Made by a program: the position numbers and the translations under genes
Notes under the pieces: model-generated
What the model saw: only the letters and a program-made list of their open reading frames with translations
Database searches by the model: none
What the model was told of the DNA's origin: nothing
NCBI GenBank assembly: GCA_024137785.1
Contig: JAHRHZ010000085.1
Location: 2,670,057-2,724,169 of the forward strand
Source of the DNA: Ginglymostoma cirratum
Lineage: Eukaryota
Length of the DNA: 54,113 bases
Reading direction: 5' to 3'
Shown here: in pieces, positions 49,891-54,113 of the stretch
How positions within the stretch are numbered: the first letter of the stretch is position 1
Layout: each line of letters starts with the position of its first letter

Positions 49891-52344
49891 ATTGGGCAAA
49901 CAAAAATAATCTTTCCAGATTCAAGCACAGATTGTATCACAGAAATGTTTATGTTTCTTTTTAATTTTAAGCGATTACTTTCCTTATTTAAACCTGTTGT
50001 AATTTTGCAAAACTGTGGATGAATTTCTTCAATTCCAGTAATGTCACCTGGATCCACTTCTTTTAAGTTGTAAAATTCACGCAACAGTTGCAACTAAAAA
50101 TTACAATTCAATTATTTCTAACTGTCAGAGAACCCCTTATTCCTTTTCGATTTGCATGAAGTTCGATATATTAATCATTAAGATTATTCCTAAGTATTTT
50201 TCTCTTGTGGTTGTATACTGTCGGATATTCATCATAATTCTGCCTGTACTGGTAACACATGACAATGTTGATAATTTCATTCCCTTTCTCCAGTCCCTTT
50301 GACCTAGACATGATGAACTTTATTTTGACAAATTTCATAAGGTTTCTGTTGGTTGAGTCTATGTTGTTTATGTTTCACTGTCTTTTCCAGCATGAATTGA
50401 AATTTATTCTGGTTTTGTTGCGGCAGTAATTTTAATCCTATTTGTCCTCTTGCTGTGAGAATGTTCACGTTGATTTTTTCCATCTCCAGAAAGCTGAAGA
50501 GATCCATTTGCCAAACTGCCCTTTGTTTTGATGGCTCATTTTGCTTAGTTAATTTGCTTAAGTTAATAATCGGCTGTTTCTTCTTCAAATTTTAATGTTC
50601 ATGTATATTCAATGTAGAGTGCCACTCCACTCAAACAGTGCAGACTGATGCTCTATCCTTGATCCCCCATTGTTTCGCATGGCACTCTCATTGCATATGA
50701 TATAATAGGGAAAGATGGCATCACTCATCAATGTTTCTGAATGCAAAAACATAAAGCTATACTTTATTGAATTCAGAATAGAATTAGAGAAAAAAATCAA
50801 TTTGCATTTGAAGAAAGCATGTTAATATATACCTAAGCAATTCTCTTAATACATTTGTATACTGTTTTCTCAAAAATGGCACGCAACTAACTTTTTTGAT
50901 TCTCTCAATCCCATTTAATTGTAAATTAATTCAGTCGTAAGCTTTTTTGTGAAACCTGTAGTGCCTTTAATAAAAGCAATATTTTTGGCTCACTTTTCTC
51001 TCACCAGTGTTTCCTTGTGAAGTTTGTACTGCAACTGCAGATAGGGAACAAATCAATTTTGTAATGTTTTTGGTTCATTTCTGGCTCATTAAATTTCCTG
51101 ACAAACAATGTGTTGCTCTGACTTATTATCATTTAAGCAAAATTGTCTTGTCCCCAAATCACTCCCTTTTCTAATTGTTCAGTAAAACATAGTTGTGTTA
51201 TTGCCACAGAAGGGAAATGATCTGCTGTTAATTCAACACTAAGGAATTTCAATCTGAGTTCTGAAAATGCATTCCTAAGAATTGTATTGGGGGAGTCTAT
51301 CACTCTCACTGAAAAGTGTGATTGTTGAATTGTGACTGACGATTGGTAATATTTTTGAGATGGAATTTAATTCTGGCTACAATTTAAACTTGCGCCAGAG
51401 CCATTCAGCACAGAAAGCCAAATACATTAAACACACATCGGAGATGTTCCTAAAGCTGGGAGTGAGTCACAAGTGGGGAATAAACGAAAATCATTTTAGA
51501 ACACACATGTTTATACTTTTAAACTTGCCGTGCGGGCACACATATATTGGATCACTTCAGGAAGTGATGAAATGCATGGGTCTCAGTTCCAGGTATGCTT
51601 TTAATGAAAATTAAAATTGCACCATACAGAACGTTATCGTAAACATGAGCTCCCTTCGTCATTTCATCATAGTTAGGAGTTGGCACTAATATACTGGATG
51701 ACGTGCCCACGATCAGATTAGTCTATAAACCACTTCGTATGTTGCAGTGTTTGATCCAAAGTGGAAAATAAAATGCTTCTTAGTCATCACCCACAAAACA
51801 AAATTTGGCTTGGAAATTTAATGATTGACTACTATGGATTTTATGCAATTTTGCTTCTTTATAGTGGATGATCATTGTCCCAAATGGTGACATGTTGCAA
51901 ACATTTTTTTGTTGTCAACAGGATTTGCAACATCCTGTGTATAACGAAGATGACAGTGACATATTTTGGGCCTTTCCTCTTGTCAGAAGCAGCAGGAAGT
52001 CTTTAATTCTAAAATGGCTAACCTTTTAAAAGCCTCGATGTTATCACAGACCAACGACGGTTGTAAGTCATTGAGAACTTATGCAATGTGTTTTCGATTG
52101 TCTCAGGATAAAGTATTATACCTTCATGGACATCTGGAGCAACATTTAGTCCGTAAAAGAAATGAAAGGCCATTGTGGCTTACGGTATGAATTGACTCAT
52201 GAGCGTATTAGAAACAAGTCCAAGTTTGGTAACTTCCGCAGAATTTGGAAGGTTATGAACTTTAACAATGAAAGTAATTCTGCTTCTGTTGAGGAAATTG
52301 CCAACGTTGAATCTACAGGCAATTTTCAGGGTAGAAAAATGATA

Positions 52345-52597
52345 CAGACCAAACGGTACAAAAACAAAGTTGCTGGAAAAGCTCAGCAGGTATGGCAGCA
52401 TCTGTGAAGGAAAAAAACAGAGTTAACGTTTTGGGTCCGGTGACCCTTCCTCAGAACTGATGGTGGCTGGGAAACTGTCAGTTTAGATGCAGAAAAAAGG
52501 GAGGAGGATGGGGGAGGCAGTAAACGATATAATAGAGCCCAAAGAGAGAGAAAGACAGTTGGACACACAAAGGAGTTGGTAACGATTAGGCTGGGAG
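52345..52597 (-). mobile_element. Penelope-like terminal fragment (second subfamily)
   Basis: Reverse complement of the 22400-22660 tail. Confidence 0.8.
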
Positions 52598-53289
52598 TCC
52601 AAACGGTATTTGGTTGGACACAACCAAGATACCATTTCTGTAATGAAAGTGGGCATGTGAATATTGAGCTTTGATAATGGAAATAATATGATGGTTAATT
52701 TGTATTTCTATTTTTAAAAAATATCCTACTGAGTGAAGTTCACCACAAGCAGGCTGACTGAGTGCAAAGACTGACAGAGAACTATTACATCTGTCACCAT
52801 TTAATTGGTTTCCTTAAACGTGCGAGAGCGAGAGAACAATTACTAATGTGGCAAGTGACCAGCAATCGTTCCCAGGTAGGTCACAGGCTCGAAGGCTTTG
52901 CAGGGAAAAAGAACATTCTGTCAAAGATTTTCATCTTGCACTCATCAGAACAATTTGCAAGAATACCAATTCAACGGGGAAACCAACACTTATATTGGAT
53001 GACAGGAGAGTGCTGATTGGTTGGCAAATGGTTGGCAATTGATGTAGGTGTTGCCATGGAGATCCCATGCCACTCATAAATACTGAATGACAGTTAGCAG
53101 CTAGGTTTCTGCAATTGCTAATCCAGCCAGATTGACTCTGATTGCTCAATGAATTGTTCTGACAAATCAGCCAATGAAATCTGCCAACTACTTTGGTCAT
53201 TTGTGCCATGTATATGTGCATGCAAAGAACAGGGCATTGGGTATCAACACATATGTACAGCTTTGAGTCCACAGAAATTCCACGGAAAT

Positions 53290-53548
53290 GACTATCAGGA
53301 GGGAGCATAATTTTAAAGTGTTTGGAGGAATGTACAGAGGAGATGTCAGAGGAACAGTGATGGATGCACGGAATGCACGGCCAGTGGTGGTAGTAGAGTC
53401 AGATACATTAGGCACATTTAAGCGACTCTTGAATAGACACATGGATGACAGTAAAATGAAGGATATTCAAGTTAGTTCTGATCTTCGAGTCGGATAATAG
53501 GACGGCACAACATCGTGGGCCGAAGGGCCCGTACTGTTCTATGTTCTA
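53290..53548 (+). mobile_element. CR1-type LINE 3' end
   Basis: 'TIRREHNFKVFGGMYRGDVRG..GTFKRLLNRHM' and gttctatgttct tail. Confidence 0.8.
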
Positions 53549-54039
53549 AATGCATTGGAGAGTCTTATTAGCTGCTGAGTCAACTCTTTGAGATTTCGTC
53601 TATGATTATTATATTAATTTTATGGAATAAACTTGAATTAGTTAAAACCAAATCGGGGAAGTCATAAACAAGATGTCAGAATCTGTAGTAGAAACAGTTT
53701 GCAGCCCATGAACAGATACCCATGTAAGGGAAAACTGCTGTTGGAAGTGAATCAAAAATACATAGAGCTTTAAAACTGATTGGAGTGTCAGAATAATTAT
53801 GAAATTTGCTGTGAGAATTTGATTGAATGTCACTCAGGGATCTTCATAATCCATTTGTATTGCTTGAAATGAGTTTGAGTTGCAACATTTCTGTTGTTCA
53901 TGGTCTCTGTCTACATAATGCAGTGTAATTACACTGAGGGAAGTCTAAAGGAAAAGAAATTCAAGCTGCTTACAGTACACAAATATAGCTGAACATTAAA
54001 ACATTTTGCTGTATCAATAAAGAAGGTACTATCTAGCCC

Positions 54040-54113
54040 TAACAAAACAAAGTTGCTGGAAAAGCTCAGCAGGTCTGGCAGCATCTGTGGAGGAGAAAAC
54101 AGAGTTAACGTTT
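54040..54113 (-). mobile_element. Penelope-like terminal fragment (runs off window)
   Basis: Matches 52360-52432. Confidence 0.75.

Larger units (their letters stand above)
34502..50585 (+). repeat. Segmental duplication unit containing copy B
   Basis: Collinear with 7792-20785 apart from copy-specific insertions and deletions. Confidence 0.9.

Overview
Vertebrate genomic DNA, most likely a cartilaginous fish (shark), inferred from HE1/V-SINE-like, CR1-type and abundant Penelope-like repeats. The window holds a small, rapidly evolving cluster of three paralogous, non-rearranging immunoglobulin-superfamily receptor genes with leader / V / C1 / TM / cytoplasmic exon structure. The ancestral tail has four tyrosine motifs arranged like SIRP-alpha (LTYAAL, TMYTE, LTYLAL, PVYAAV). 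Copy A (minus, 3097-4906) has leader, V and a frameshifted C1. Copy M (plus, 15272-20082) lost its leader, V and half of C1 to a ~2.8 kb deletion but keeps the inhibitory tyrosine motifs. Copy B (plus, 41851-46321) can be spliced into an open 270-aa protein with an Arg in the TM segment and a truncated tail; its ITIM exons are hit by three separate lesions, the pattern of inhibitory-to-activating paired-receptor conversion (or of pseudogenisation). M and B lie in a 13-16 kb segmental duplication. Between them are a class I endogenous retrovirus with a tRNA-Ser PBS, a mosaic env/Tx1 element with identical 197-bp direct repeats, and many Penelope-like fragments carrying hammerhead ribozyme cores. 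Exons were read by eye from splice sites and paralog alignment; repeat boundaries are approximate.
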